Source of the DNA: an uncultured Actinomycetes bacterium
GTDB lineage: Bacteria; Actinomycetota; Thermoleophilia; RBG-16-64-13
Length of the DNA: 64,000 nt
Assembly (NCBI GenBank): GCA_963816155.1
Contig: CAWFJE010000010.1
Location: 302,486 to 366,485 of the forward strand
Direction of reading: 5' to 3'
Shown here: piece after piece, positions 48,549 through 58,048 of the stretch
Numbering within the stretch: the first letter of the stretch is position 1
Layout of the letters: each line of letters begins with the position of its first letter
Made by a program: the position numbers and the translations under genes
The notes under the pieces: generated by a model
The model's input: only the letters and a program-made list of their open reading frames with translations
What the model was told of the DNA's origin: nothing
Databases searched by the model: none

Positions 48549-49910
48549 TCACAGTCTCTCGTCGACATGCTCTCGCTGAACGACGCAGCGGCCGTTCTTG
48601 TACACCATCCACACCGGGTTCATGCCATAGCGGTAGGGGATCTCCACATAGTTACGATACTCGAGGACCAGGAAGTCCGCGCGCTTGCCCACTTCCAAGC
48701 TCCCTACCTCGTGATCCCTGCCCACAGCCGCCGCGGCCTCGATAGTGATGGCCCGTATGACCTCTTCCGCGGACATGCCCAGCATGGAGCCGCCCATGGT
48801 GGCGATGAGCCAGAGGTTCTGTGTGGGGCTCGAACCCGGATTGAAATCGGTGCCCAGGGCCACCCGAACACCCGCATCGAGGAGGGCGCGGGCAGGGGCC
48901 AGACCTCCCTCCCCGAGGAAGAAGGTGGCGCCTGGAAGGAGGACGGCCACCGGGGCGCGCCGGCCACCGGCGGCGCGTACACCACCGGTGTCGGCGACAT
49001 TGCGCCGATCCTCCGCCGAAGCCGCTGCCATCGCCGCTATGCCCTCTTCGCTCACCAGGTCGAGGTGATCGGCAGAGACGGCCCCCAACTCCACGGCCAA
49101 TTCCGCGCCGCCCCCCGGCGTCAATTGATCGGCGTGCAGTTTGGCCAGGAGACCATGCTCCAGTCCTGCCTCCAAGACCCGGCGCGCTTGGGCGGCGTCG
49201 AATCCTCCCTGCTCGTAGAAGGCGTCGCAGAAGGTCGCCAGACCGTGCTTCGCCGCTGCCGGGATCATCTTCTTGATGATGAGATCCACGTAGTCGTCAG
49301 GGCGACCGACATACTCTATGGGCACGGTGTTGGCGGCAAGAAGGGTGGGCACCACGTCGACCGGATGCTCCCCATCCAGTTCCCGATATATCTCCAGCAG
49401 CCTGAGTTCGTGCTCCGGGGTCAGACCGTACCCACTCTTGGCATCGACAGTGGTGATGCCATGGTGCAGAAAGCGGTCGAGCCGCCTGCGTGCAGAGGCC
49501 ATCAGCGTCTCCCTGTCGGCCTCTCTGGTGGCGTAGACGGTCTTCATGATCCCGCCGCCGAAGATCGCTATGTCCTGGTATGACGAGCCGGCGAGACGGA
49601 GTTGGTATTCGTCGGCCCGCTCACCTTCGAAAGCGAGGTGGGTATGAGGATCGATCAGGCCCGGCATGACGATCCGGCCGGCGGCGTCCACACGCTCTCC
49701 CCCGGGTACCACCCGCACCTCTTCCTGGAGTCGGCTACTGGGGCCCACCCAGACGATATGGCCGCCGCTGATGGCCAGCGCGCCTTCTGGTATCCGTCCC
49801 AGTCCGGGGACCGTCTCGTCCGGGCCCGGGTAGGCGGGGCAGACGAGCACTTCGCTCGCACCCGTGATCACCAGGTCTGCCCTGATCATCTCCCCTTCGC
49901 GAGGTTCCAT
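48549..49910 (-). CDS. hutI: imidazolonepropionase-like amidohydrolase (HutI family), with an unusual Gly/Arg-rich insertion
   Basis: ...PGLIDPHTHLAFEG...GITTVDAKSGYGL...LAKLHADQL...VSADHLDLVSEEGIAAMAAA...VAVLLPGATFFL...LGTDFNPGSSP... follows the HutI motif series. The insert EDRRNVADTGGVRAAGGRRAP lies before the LLPGA motif. Confidence 0.7.
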   Translation of the reverse strand: MEPREGEMIRADLVITGASEVLVCPAYPGPDETVPGLGRIPEGALAISGGHIVWVGPSSRLQEEVRVVPGGERVDAAGRIVMPGLIDPHTHLAFEGERADEYQLRLAGSSYQDIAIFGGGIMKTVYATREADRETLMASARRRLDRFLHHGITTVDAKSGYGLTPEHELRLLEIYRELDGEHPVDVVPTLLAANTVPIEYVGRPDDYVDLIIKKMIPAAAKHGLATFCDAFYEQGGFDAAQARRVLEAGLEHGLLAKLHADQLTPGGGAELAVELGAVSADHLDLVSEEGIAAMAAASAEDRRNVADTGGVRAAGGRRAPVAVLLPGATFFLGEGGLAPARALLDAGVRVALGTDFNPGSSPTQNLWLIATMGGSMLGMSAEEVIRAITIEAAAAVGRDHEVGSLEVGKRADFLVLEYRNYVEIPYRYGMNPVWMVYKNGRCVVQREHVDERL

Positions 49911-50059
49911 CTCAAGCCTCCCTCACGCTGTCTGTACGGGCGGCTTTCCGTCCGATTCCACAAAGCAGGGATGGTAGCAGAAAGACCGCCGTCACTCCAC
50001 GGGACGGACGGGGAGTGACGGAGGCGAAGCATTGTGCCCGCTCTTGATATTCTGAACGC

Positions 50060-51409
50060 ATGTACGTGGTTATAGTGGGCGCAGGTGAGGTGGGATTCTA
50101 TATCGCGACCATCCTTAGTCAGGAAGGTCACGATGTGGCCATCGTCGACCGCGACTTTGAGCCCTACCAGAGAGTATCGGAGCAGCTGGACGTTCTCGCC
50201 ATCCAGGGCAACGGCGCCAGCAGAAGGGTGCTCGAGCGGGTCAACATGAGTCGGGCCGACCTGCTCATAGCGGTGACGGACTCCGACGAAGTCAACATGA
50301 TCGCCTGCATGGCGGCCAAGAGAGGCGGCGTCGCCCAGACGATCGCTCGGGTACGCAACCAGGACTACATCGAAGACTTCCAGACCCTGTCGACCGGCTT
50401 CACCGGCGTCGACCATGTGATCCAACCCGAGGCGGCGGTAGCCGACGAGGTGGCCAAGCTCGCTTCCATGCCGGGCGTGCTCGATGTGGAGACCTTCGCC
50501 GGGGGGCAGGTCCTGGTCCTCGAGGCCCTGGTGAGCGCCAAGTCTCCCTGCGCCGGGATCGCATTGCGCGACCTGGGGCTGCCCGAAGGAGCCGTGATCA
50601 CCGCCATCCTGCGCGGGGCGAAGACCACCGTTCCCAGAGGCGACACCACCATCCAGGGTGGGGATCGCGTCTTTGTGGCGGGCAGACCCGAGGTAGCAGC
50701 CCAAGTGGTCTCGCTGCTGACCGGCGAGACCGAAGCGCCCAAGAGGGCCATCCTCCTCGGGTGTGGAGAGATCGGCATGGGCATCGCCCTCGAACTGGAG
50801 AAACGGCGCATCAAGCTCACTGTGTTCGAAAAGGACGCGGCCCGCGCCGCCGAGGCGGCGGGGCTCCTGCGACGTTCGCTCGTCCTGCAGGACGAAGGCA
50901 TCGACGAGCGCATTCTGGCTGAGGAGGGAGTCGGTGCGACCGACCTCTTCATCGCCGCGACCGGGGACGACCGTCTGAATATCATCTCCGCCCTCATGGC
51001 CAAGAATATGGGGGCCAAGCGGACCATCGCCATCGTGGAGCGGAGCGAGTTCTCGCGGGTAGTGGAGAGCGTCGGGGTGGACGTGGCCATCAGTCCTCGA
51101 CGGATGACCGCCTCGGCAGTTCTGAGGTTCGTACGCGCCGGTGAGGTCATGAACGCGGCGGTCCTGGAGAAGTCTGCCGGCGAAGTACTCGAGTTCGTGC
51201 TCAGCGGCACCAGCCCTGCCTGTGGTCCGCCGCTGGCGGAGGTGTCCTTCCCCCGGGGCGTCATCGTCGGTGCGGTGGTGAGGAACAAGGAGGTCTTCGT
51301 CCCTGACGGGCGCTTCCGGCTTGCGGAGGGTGACATCGCGGTGGTGTTCACCCTGCCCGAGTCGGTCCGGGAGGTGGAGAAGCTCTTCGCGTCCCGGACC
51401 CGCGCATGA
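50060..51409 (+). CDS. trkA: Trk potassium uptake system NAD-binding regulatory protein
   Basis: Two RCK_N domains (MYVVIVGAGEVG...; AILLGCGEIGMGIA...), each followed by a TrkA_C domain. Confidence 0.9.
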   Translation: MYVVIVGAGEVGFYIATILSQEGHDVAIVDRDFEPYQRVSEQLDVLAIQGNGASRRVLERVNMSRADLLIAVTDSDEVNMIACMAAKRGGVAQTIARVRNQDYIEDFQTLSTGFTGVDHVIQPEAAVADEVAKLASMPGVLDVETFAGGQVLVLEALVSAKSPCAGIALRDLGLPEGAVITAILRGAKTTVPRGDTTIQGGDRVFVAGRPEVAAQVVSLLTGETEAPKRAILLGCGEIGMGIALELEKRRIKLTVFEKDAARAAEAAGLLRRSLVLQDEGIDERILAEEGVGATDLFIAATGDDRLNIISALMAKNMGAKRTIAIVERSEFSRVVESVGVDVAISPRRMTASAVLRFVRAGEVMNAAVLEKSAGEVLEFVLSGTSPACGPPLAEVSFPRGVIVGAVVRNKEVFVPDGRFRLAEGDIAVVFTLPESVREVEKLFASRTRA

Positions 51410-52851
51410 ACCTACGCTTCCTGGGTTATCTGACCGGACTGGTCGTGGTGGCCATAGGAGCCGGCATCCTGGTCTCCGCCGGGGTCTCTGCGGCGTATGG
51501 CGATGAGGACTTCGCCATGCTGCTGGTGTCGGGCTTGATCTGTTTGGCGGTGGGCCTGCCGGTCTACTGGGTGAGCAGAGGGGCCGCACGGGCGTATGTG
51601 GGCTTCCGCGAGGCCTTTGTGGCGGTCGTCGCGGCTTGGGTCGTCGCGACGGTCTTCGGCGCGCTTCCCTACGTGATGGTAGGACTGTTCTCCCCCGTGG
51701 ACGCTCTGTTCGAGTCGATGTCGGGCTTCACCACCACGGGAGCCAGTGTCCTCATCGACTACAACCAGCCTCACGGCATCATGTTCTGGAGGAGCCTCAC
51801 CCACTGGTACGGGGGGATGGGGATCGTGGTCCTGTTCTTGGCCCTCCTTCCCTCTGTCGGCGGGGGCGCCATCCGCCTGTTCGCAGCCGAGTCCCCGGGG
51901 CCCACCGCGGAGAGGCTCACCCCTCGTCTCAAGGACACGGCCAAGCATCTGTGGCTCATCTACGTGGGCTTGAGCGTCCTGGAGACCATCGTCCTCCTGG
52001 CGCTGGGCATGACGCCCTTTTTCGCCGTCACCCACACCTTCGGCACTATGGCCACCGGTGGCTTCTCCCCCCTGGCCGGTTCTGTCGGAGCCTTCGACAG
52101 CTGGTCGATCGAACTCGCCATCACCGTGTTCACCATTCTGGCCGGAGGCAATTTCGCCCTCTACTTCCTGTTCGTCTCCGGACGGCGGAGGGAACTGCTG
52201 CGCGACCGCGAGTTCAGGCTTTACCTGGGCATCATCTTCGTGAGTGTGCTGGCCGTCGCGACGAGCCTGATCATCGCCCGCTCCCATTTCGGCCTTCTCC
52301 ACGCCCTCCGAGAAGCGCTGTTCCAGGTGGTGTCATTGCAGACCACCACAGGCTACGTCACCGCCGACTTCGACCAGTGGAACAGCTTCGCCAAGACCCT
52401 CCTCCTCCTCCTCATGTTCATCGGCGGCTGCGCGGGCTCGACCGCGGGGGGCATCAAGGTCATCCGCTTCCTGGTCCTCTCCAAGAACGCGTCGCGCACC
52501 CTTTCCCAGGCCGCGCATCCTCACGCGGTGGTGCCGGTACGGATAGGCAGGCGCATCATCCCAGACCGCGTGGTCTCGTCCGTCCTAGCCTTCTTCTTCC
52601 TTTGGATGACCGTGTTCGCCGTCGGTACACTGCTGCTGGCCATGTCGAACGTATCCCTGGTGACGGCGGCCTCGGCGGTGGCGGCCACTCTCAACAACGT
52701 TGGGCCCGGGCTGGAACTGGTGGGCGCCACCCTCAACTACGCCCCCATCGCGGGCTTCGGCAAGGCGGTCCTCATGGTCATGATGCTTCTGGGCAGGCTG
52801 GAACTCATGGCCGTCATGCTGCTCTTCACGCGGCTCTTCTGGTCGCGCTGA
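51406..52851 (+). CDS. trkH: TrkH/KtrB-family potassium transporter membrane subunit
   Basis: 481-aa polytopic protein with repeated selectivity-filter-like TTTGA/TGGFS/TTTGY segments. Its ATG overlaps the trkA stop (ATGA). Confidence 0.9.
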   Translation: MNLRFLGYLTGLVVVAIGAGILVSAGVSAAYGDEDFAMLLVSGLICLAVGLPVYWVSRGAARAYVGFREAFVAVVAAWVVATVFGALPYVMVGLFSPVDALFESMSGFTTTGASVLIDYNQPHGIMFWRSLTHWYGGMGIVVLFLALLPSVGGGAIRLFAAESPGPTAERLTPRLKDTAKHLWLIYVGLSVLETIVLLALGMTPFFAVTHTFGTMATGGFSPLAGSVGAFDSWSIELAITVFTILAGGNFALYFLFVSGRRRELLRDREFRLYLGIIFVSVLAVATSLIIARSHFGLLHALREALFQVVSLQTTTGYVTADFDQWNSFAKTLLLLLMFIGGCAGSTAGGIKVIRFLVLSKNASRTLSQAAHPHAVVPVRIGRRIIPDRVVSSVLAFFFLWMTVFAVGTLLLAMSNVSLVTAASAVAATLNNVGPGLELVGATLNYAPIAGFGKAVLMVMMLLGRLELMAVMLLFTRLFWSR

Positions 52852-52899
52852 CGGGCTCCTCTCCCCTGCTGGGGTCGGCTCCAGTGGTTCTCAGTGGTT

Positions 52900-54768
52900 C
52901 TAGTAGTCGCCCGTCTCCGGGGAGGCGATGTGGAGCGGGACGCTGATGACCACCACCCAGGGCAGAGACCGCAGGGCGGTACGCAGGCGGAACGCGTTCT
53001 GGTTGTGCAGGAAGTTCTCCCACCAGTGCACTACCACGAACTCCGGGACTATGACTGTGACGGTATGTCCGGGACCCGGATCGAGCGAACGGACGTATTC
53101 CACGGCCGGGCGAGTGAACTCCCGGTAGGGAGAATCGACCACGGCCAGGGGTATGTCGATGCCCATCTCCTCCCAGGTGTGCTGCAGGGCGGCCACCGCC
53201 TCGGGATCACTCGCGATGGTCACAGCGTGGAAGTCATCGGGAGACAGCCCGCGCCCCAACGCCAGCGAGCGGGCGGTCAGCGAATTCACCTTGGAGACGA
53301 ACAGCACCACGGTGGTCTTGGGACGCGAGGTCGCCAGCCGGCCCAGACTCTCCAACTCCTGCGGGTTCTGGGGTTCAAGGAAGCGGGCCACCCGTTGGTA
53401 GTGCCGTTGCACGACGTAGAAGATGGTCACGAGCACGATGACGGCGATGATCACCAGATAGGCCCCGTGAGTGAACTTGATGCCCATGACCACCACGGTG
53501 ACGATCCCCGTCAGTAGGGCCCCGAACCCGTTCATGGCCGCGCGGTGGCGCCACCCGTCCTCCCGGAGGCGCCGCCAGCGCACCACCATGCCCAGTTGAG
53601 ACAGGGTGAAGCTCGTGAACACTCCTACCGCGTACAGGGGAATGAGACTGTGCACCTCGGCCGCGTAGACCACGAGCACCACGATCGCGGCGATGGTCAG
53701 CCCGACGATACCGTTGGAGAACACGAGCTTGTCTCCCCTGTTCATGAACTGGCGAGGCATGAGTCCGTCACGCGCCAAGACCGAAGCCAGACGGGGGAAT
53801 CCGTTGTAGCTCGTGTTCGCCGCCAGGATGAGGATGGCCATGGTGGCGATCTGGAGGGCGTAGTAGAAGAAGCCCCCTCCATAGACCGCGTGGCCGATCT
53901 GACCCAAGACCGTGGTCGAGTCTTCAGGGACGACATGCAGTACCTGCGCGAGGGCAGTCACGCCGAGCAGGAGAAAGGCCAGGACACCGGCCATGATCCC
54001 CAGAGTGACGGATGCGTTCTTGCTCTCAGGTGGCTTGAAGGCCGGGACGGCGTTGGAGATGGCCTCGGTGCCGGTCATCGCGGAGCACCCGCCGGCGAAC
54101 GCCCTCAGCACGACCCACATGAGCGCAAGTCCCTGTAGACTGGGGTCGCCCTCCACAGCCGCCAGTGGCTGCAGGTCGCCAGCGATCCAGCGCACGAAGC
54201 CCACCACCACCAAACCACCGCACAAGAGTATGAACGCGAACGTGGGGATGGCGAAGAAACGCCCTGACTCCCTGACCCCGCGGAGGTTGGCAACGGCGAC
54301 CAGGATGATCAGTGCCACGCAGATCCAGACGCGGTACTGGGTGAGCGCGGGAAAGGCCGCCGATATAGCCGCCACGCCCGCCGCCACGCTCACGGCCACG
54401 GTCATCACGTAGTCCACCAGCAGCGATGCTGCCGCCACCATGCCCGGCCACAAGCCCAAGTTCTCTCGGCTCACCACATACGATCCGCCGCCGTTGGGAT
54501 AGGCGTGGATGGTCTGCTGGTAAGACAGCGCCACGAACACCAGGAGGACCACCACAGCGATGGCCACGTAGATGGAGAGGGTGACCGCCGCCACGCCGGC
54601 CAGCACGAGAGCAAGCAGGATCTCCTCCGTGGCATAGGCGGTGGAAGAGATGGCATCCGAAGCGAAGACCGGGAGTGCGAACTTCTTGGGCAGACGCTCC
54701 TGCATCTCCTGATCCGTCGCCAAGGGACGGCCGAGCACCGCCCGCTTGACCCCCGAACCTCTGCTCAT
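52900..54768 (-). CDS. kimA: KimA-like APC-superfamily K+ transporter with cytoplasmic C-terminal domain
   Basis: 622 aa. ...SYQQTIHAYPNGGGSYVVSRENLG...SLLVDYVMTVAVSVAAG... and the C-terminal ...VTVIVPEFVVVHWWENFLHNQNAFRLRTAL... match the KimA/YdaO pattern, as distinct from amino-acid permeases. It lies adjacent to trkAH. Confidence 0.7.
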   Translation of the reverse strand: MSRGSGVKRAVLGRPLATDQEMQERLPKKFALPVFASDAISSTAYATEEILLALVLAGVAAVTLSIYVAIAVVVLLVFVALSYQQTIHAYPNGGGSYVVSRENLGLWPGMVAAASLLVDYVMTVAVSVAAGVAAISAAFPALTQYRVWICVALIILVAVANLRGVRESGRFFAIPTFAFILLCGGLVVVGFVRWIAGDLQPLAAVEGDPSLQGLALMWVVLRAFAGGCSAMTGTEAISNAVPAFKPPESKNASVTLGIMAGVLAFLLLGVTALAQVLHVVPEDSTTVLGQIGHAVYGGGFFYYALQIATMAILILAANTSYNGFPRLASVLARDGLMPRQFMNRGDKLVFSNGIVGLTIAAIVVLVVYAAEVHSLIPLYAVGVFTSFTLSQLGMVVRWRRLREDGWRHRAAMNGFGALLTGIVTVVVMGIKFTHGAYLVIIAVIVLVTIFYVVQRHYQRVARFLEPQNPQELESLGRLATSRPKTTVVLFVSKVNSLTARSLALGRGLSPDDFHAVTIASDPEAVAALQHTWEEMGIDIPLAVVDSPYREFTRPAVEYVRSLDPGPGHTVTVIVPEFVVVHWWENFLHNQNAFRLRTALRSLPWVVVISVPLHIASPETGDY

Positions 54769-54869
54769 CCTGCGACCCCGCGCCCTTCAGTCAAGTCCAC
54801 GCTTGCATGCCGCGCAACAATCACATATCCGCCCGGAGAGCGACGCACTGGAGGCCCATATGAAGACGT

Positions 54870-54945
54870 CGCCTGCCGCACTATAGCGCGGCAGGCGACG
54901 CCCCGTAAGGCCGCGGGGCGCGGCGGCTGCGCCGCCGCGCCCCGA
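54870..54945 (-). terminator. two tandem perfect hairpins (12-bp stem 54870-54901; 13-bp stem GGGGCGCGGCGGC-TGC-GCCGCCGCGCCCC 54917-54945). They lie between the hppA stop and the kimA start and act as the hppA terminator and/or the kimA 5-prime UTR structure
   Basis: Inverted repeats read directly from the sequence. Confidence 0.5.
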
Positions 54946-54961
54946 TGTCACTTCGTGGTCC

Positions 54962-57445
54962 CTACTCGGCAGTCTGCTTCTGGATGCGCATGCCGTAGAA
55001 AGAGCGGAACACGAAGGTCAGGGATATCAGGAAGAACACCGCGGCCAGGATGTACGTGAGCCAATCGTTGCCCGCGTCGTTGGTGATGCTGACGGCGAGT
55101 TCAACCGCCAACAGGCCGAACAGAGTGGTGAACTTGATGATGGGGTTCAGCGCCACCGAAGAGGTGTCTTTGAAGGGGTCGCCGACCGTGTCGCCCACGA
55201 CCGTGGCCGCGTGCAGTTCGGTGCCCTTCTCCTTCAGATCCACCTCGACGATCTTCTTGGCGTTGTCCCAGGCTCCACCGGCGTTGGCCATGAAGATGGC
55301 CTGGAACAGACCGAACACAGCGATGGAGATGAGGTAGCCGATGAAGAAGAACGGCTCGAGGAAGGCGAAAGCCAGGGTGCCGAAGAAGACGGCCAGGAAG
55401 ATGTTGATCATGCCCTTCTGCGCGTACTGCGTGCAGATGGCCACCACCTTCTTGCTGTCTTCAACGGAGGCCTTGGTCACACCCGCATCGAGGTTGATGT
55501 TGGCCTTGATGAACTCCACCGCCCGGTAGGCGCCGGTGGTCACGGCCTGAGTGGCGGCGCCGGTGAACCAGTAGATCATGGCGCCACCCATGACGATGCC
55601 GAGCAGGAACGGCGGATGCAGGAGCGAGAGCTTGTCGATGTTGGTCTCCAAGCCCTCAGTGAGAGCCATGATGATGGAGAAGATCATGGTGGTGGCGCCG
55701 ACGACGGCCGTACCGATGAGAACCGGCTTGGCTGTGGCCTTGAAGGTGTTACCGGCCCCGTCGTTCTCTTCCAGGTTGTGCTTGGCAACGTCGAAGTTGG
55801 GTTCGAAGCCGAAGTCACCCTTGATCTCGGCGGCCACGTTGGGGATCTCCTCGATCTGGGAGAGTTCGTAGACCGACTGAGCGTTGTCCGTGACCGGACC
55901 GTAGGAATCGACGGCGATGGTCACCGGACCCATGCCCAAGAAGCCGAACGCCACCAGGCCGAAGGCGAAGACGGCGGGCGCCAGCATGATGTCACCCAGG
56001 CCCTGGGTGCTGACGAGGTAGCCGACACCCATGAGCACCATGATGGTGAAGCCGAGGTAGTACGCGCTGAAGTTACCAGCCACAAATCCGGACAGGATGT
56101 TGAGAGAGGCCCCGCCTTCCCTCGAAGAAGAAACCACCTCTTTGACGTGCGCGGACTTGGTGGAGGTGAAGACCTTCACCAGTTCGGGGATGACGGCCCC
56201 GGCCAGAGTGCCCATGCTGATGATGATGGACAGCATCCACCAGTAGTCAGGGTGGAGTTGCCCCACATCAGTGCTACCACCGATGAGGAGGTAGGAGACC
56301 ACGAAGGTGAGCACCATGGAGATGATGGAGGTGAGCCAGACCAGTGAGGTCAGGGGTGCCTCGAAATTCATCTTGTCGACGTTCTTGTAGCGAGCCTTGG
56401 CGAAAGCGGCATTGATGAAGTAGGAGCCGCCGCTGGACACGATCATCATCACGCGCATGGCGAAGATCCAGACCAGCAGAGAGATCTGGATGGCCGGCTC
56501 GGTCACAGCCAAGAGGATGAAGGTGATGAGGGCCACGCCGGTGACACCGTAGGTCTCGAAACCGTCGGCGCTGGGGCCCACAGAGTCGCCCGCGTTGTCG
56601 CCGGTACAGTCGGCGATGACGCCGGGGTTGCGGGCGTCGTCTTCTTTGATGTTGAAGACGATCTTCATGAGGTCGGAGCCGATGTCGGCGATCTTGGTGA
56701 AGATACCGCCCGCGATCCTCAGAGCGGCCGCGCCCAGCGACTCACCTATGGCGAAGCCGATGAAACACGCGCCGGCATATTCACGCGGGATCCACAGCAG
56801 GATGATGAGCATGATGATGAGTTCGACGCTGATGAGCATCATGCCCACGCTCATGCCTGAGCGCAGAGGGATGGTGTGGATCTCGTAGGGCTTGCCTCTC
56901 AGGCTGGCGAAAGCCGTACGCGAGTTGGCCTGCGTGTTGACGCGAATGCCGAACCAGGCCACCCCGTAGCTGCCCAGGATCCCCACCACGCTGAAGAGCA
57001 GGATGGTGATGAGCCGCACGCCGGTGCTTCCGGTCTCCGGAGTACTGAGGATGCCGAAATAAACCCCGATGACGACGGCGATGAAGACCCAGAGGATGAT
57101 CAGGAACTGTCCCTGCTTGAGCAGATATGTCTTGCAGGTCTGCCAGATGATCTCCGAGATCTCGCGCATCGATCGGTGTGTGGGCAGGCTGCGGATCTGA
57201 AAGTAGGCGACGATGCCAAAGACCAGCCCGAGAGCACAGACGATGAGGCCGAGAGCGAGGAGTAGTTGCCCGCTGATGCCATGAAACGAAACGTCACTCA
57301 GATCGGGGAGGACGAGGTTGGCCTCTCCTCCTCCCGCTGCCAACGCGGTCGACGCGAAGGCCAGAGTGGAGACCACCAACGCGCTCAGAAAGAGTACGGG
57401 CCTCCTCCAGCGACGCGTCGGCTTTTTACACGACTTAGCTTCCAT
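54962..57445 (-). CDS. hppA: membrane-bound proton/sodium-translocating pyrophosphatase (V-PPase)
   Basis: ...[20 protein letters not shown]... and ...[15 protein letters not shown]... are V-PPase signatures. The start is set at ATG 57445 (MEAKSCKK...; AGGAAGG lies 9 nt upstream); the track start at 57652 is over-extended. There is an extra N-terminal signal-like transmembrane segment. Confidence 0.9.
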   Translation of the reverse strand: MEAKSCKKPTRRWRRPVLFLSALVVSTLAFASTALAAGGGEANLVLPDLSDVSFHGISGQLLLALGLIVCALGLVFGIVAYFQIRSLPTHRSMREISEIIWQTCKTYLLKQGQFLIILWVFIAVVIGVYFGILSTPETGSTGVRLITILLFSVVGILGSYGVAWFGIRVNTQANSRTAFASLRGKPYEIHTIPLRSGMSVGMMLISVELIIMLIILLWIPREYAGACFIGFAIGESLGAAALRIAGGIFTKIADIGSDLMKIVFNIKEDDARNPGVIADCTGDNAGDSVGPSADGFETYGVTGVALITFILLAVTEPAIQISLLVWIFAMRVMMIVSSGGSYFINAAFAKARYKNVDKMNFEAPLTSLVWLTSIISMVLTFVVSYLLIGGSTDVGQLHPDYWWMLSIIISMGTLAGAVIPELVKVFTSTKSAHVKEVVSSSREGGASLNILSGFVAGNFSAYYLGFTIMVLMGVGYLVSTQGLGDIMLAPAVFAFGLVAFGFLGMGPVTIAVDSYGPVTDNAQSVYELSQIEEIPNVAAEIKGDFGFEPNFDVAKHNLEENDGAGNTFKATAKPVLIGTAVVGATTMIFSIIMALTEGLETNIDKLSLLHPPFLLGIVMGGAMIYWFTGAATQAVTTGAYRAVEFIKANINLDAGVTKASVEDSKKVVAICTQYAQKGMINIFLAVFFGTLAFAFLEPFFFIGYLISIAVFGLFQAIFMANAGGAWDNAKKIVEVDLKEKGTELHAATVVGDTVGDPFKDTSSVALNPIIKFTTLFGLLAVELAVSITNDAGNDWLTYILAAVFFLISLTFVFRSFYGMRIQKQTAE

Positions 57446-57883
57446 GCAGCAATCCTTCCTGTATCGGGCCGCAAGGCGGTTAATGAACGGAACAAGCCCC
57501 AGACCCGGGCACACATGGCTGCCATCGGAAGCTTCAGGAAGAATGCAACTCCTCCAGCGGGGCGGTCGGAACAACCGCCTGACCCGCGCTCCGAATGGGT
57601 CGCCTCCCGCTCGCACCAAGGGTGTCCGCTCAGGCTCAATCCAAGCCCTCATCCTACCGAAGGCAGGGTGTCCGCGTCAAGAAAAAAGAACGCAAACTCG
57701 CCATCAAACGTACTCGGTATTACGGTGAACACACCTCGGCTTATTATCTGGCGATACTCAATCCCCTCCCGCCGCGAACGCGCGCGTCTGACCGCAGGTG
57801 GGCGCATTGATTCCGGCACCGATTCAAGGTACAAAGGCCTTGGCAGCCCGGCCTGCGCCGGCAACGACCAAAAAGGAGCGGCA

Positions 57884-58048
57884 ATGGACAAGTGGCAATG
57901 TCTGCTGTGCGGGTACGTGTACGACCCCGAGGAGGGCGACCCCACACAGGGCATACCGCCCGGTACTGCTTTCGAAGACCTGCCCAGTGACTGGGAATGC
58001 CCAGACTGCGGCGCCAGCAAAGAAGAATTCGAGAAGATGGCGGACTAG
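57884..58048 (+). CDS. rub: rubredoxin
   Basis: 54 aa: [20 protein letters not shown]...[19 protein letters not shown] carries both CxxC knuckles. AAGGAG ribosome-binding site. It is embedded in a longer spurious track ORF (57266..58048). Confidence 0.9.
   Translation: MDKWQCLLCGYVYDPEEGDPTQGIPPGTAFEDLPSDWECPDCGASKEEFEKMAD

Noticed and set aside
49911-50059. 10-bp inverted repeat CCGTCACTCC...GGAGTGACGG upstream of trkA, considered as a possible c-di-AMP riboswitch.
   Set aside because: The intergenic region is only about 150 bp and is shared with the divergent hutI-like promoter. That is too short for a ydaO-class aptamer. It is more likely an operator or small hairpin. It is flagged only within the K+ cluster finding.
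57266-58048. 260-aa ORF upstream of and including rubredoxin.
   Set aside because: Only the last 54 codons (from the ATG at 57884, with an AAGGAG ribosome-binding site) form rubredoxin. The rest traverses the divergent promoter region and has no protein-like features.
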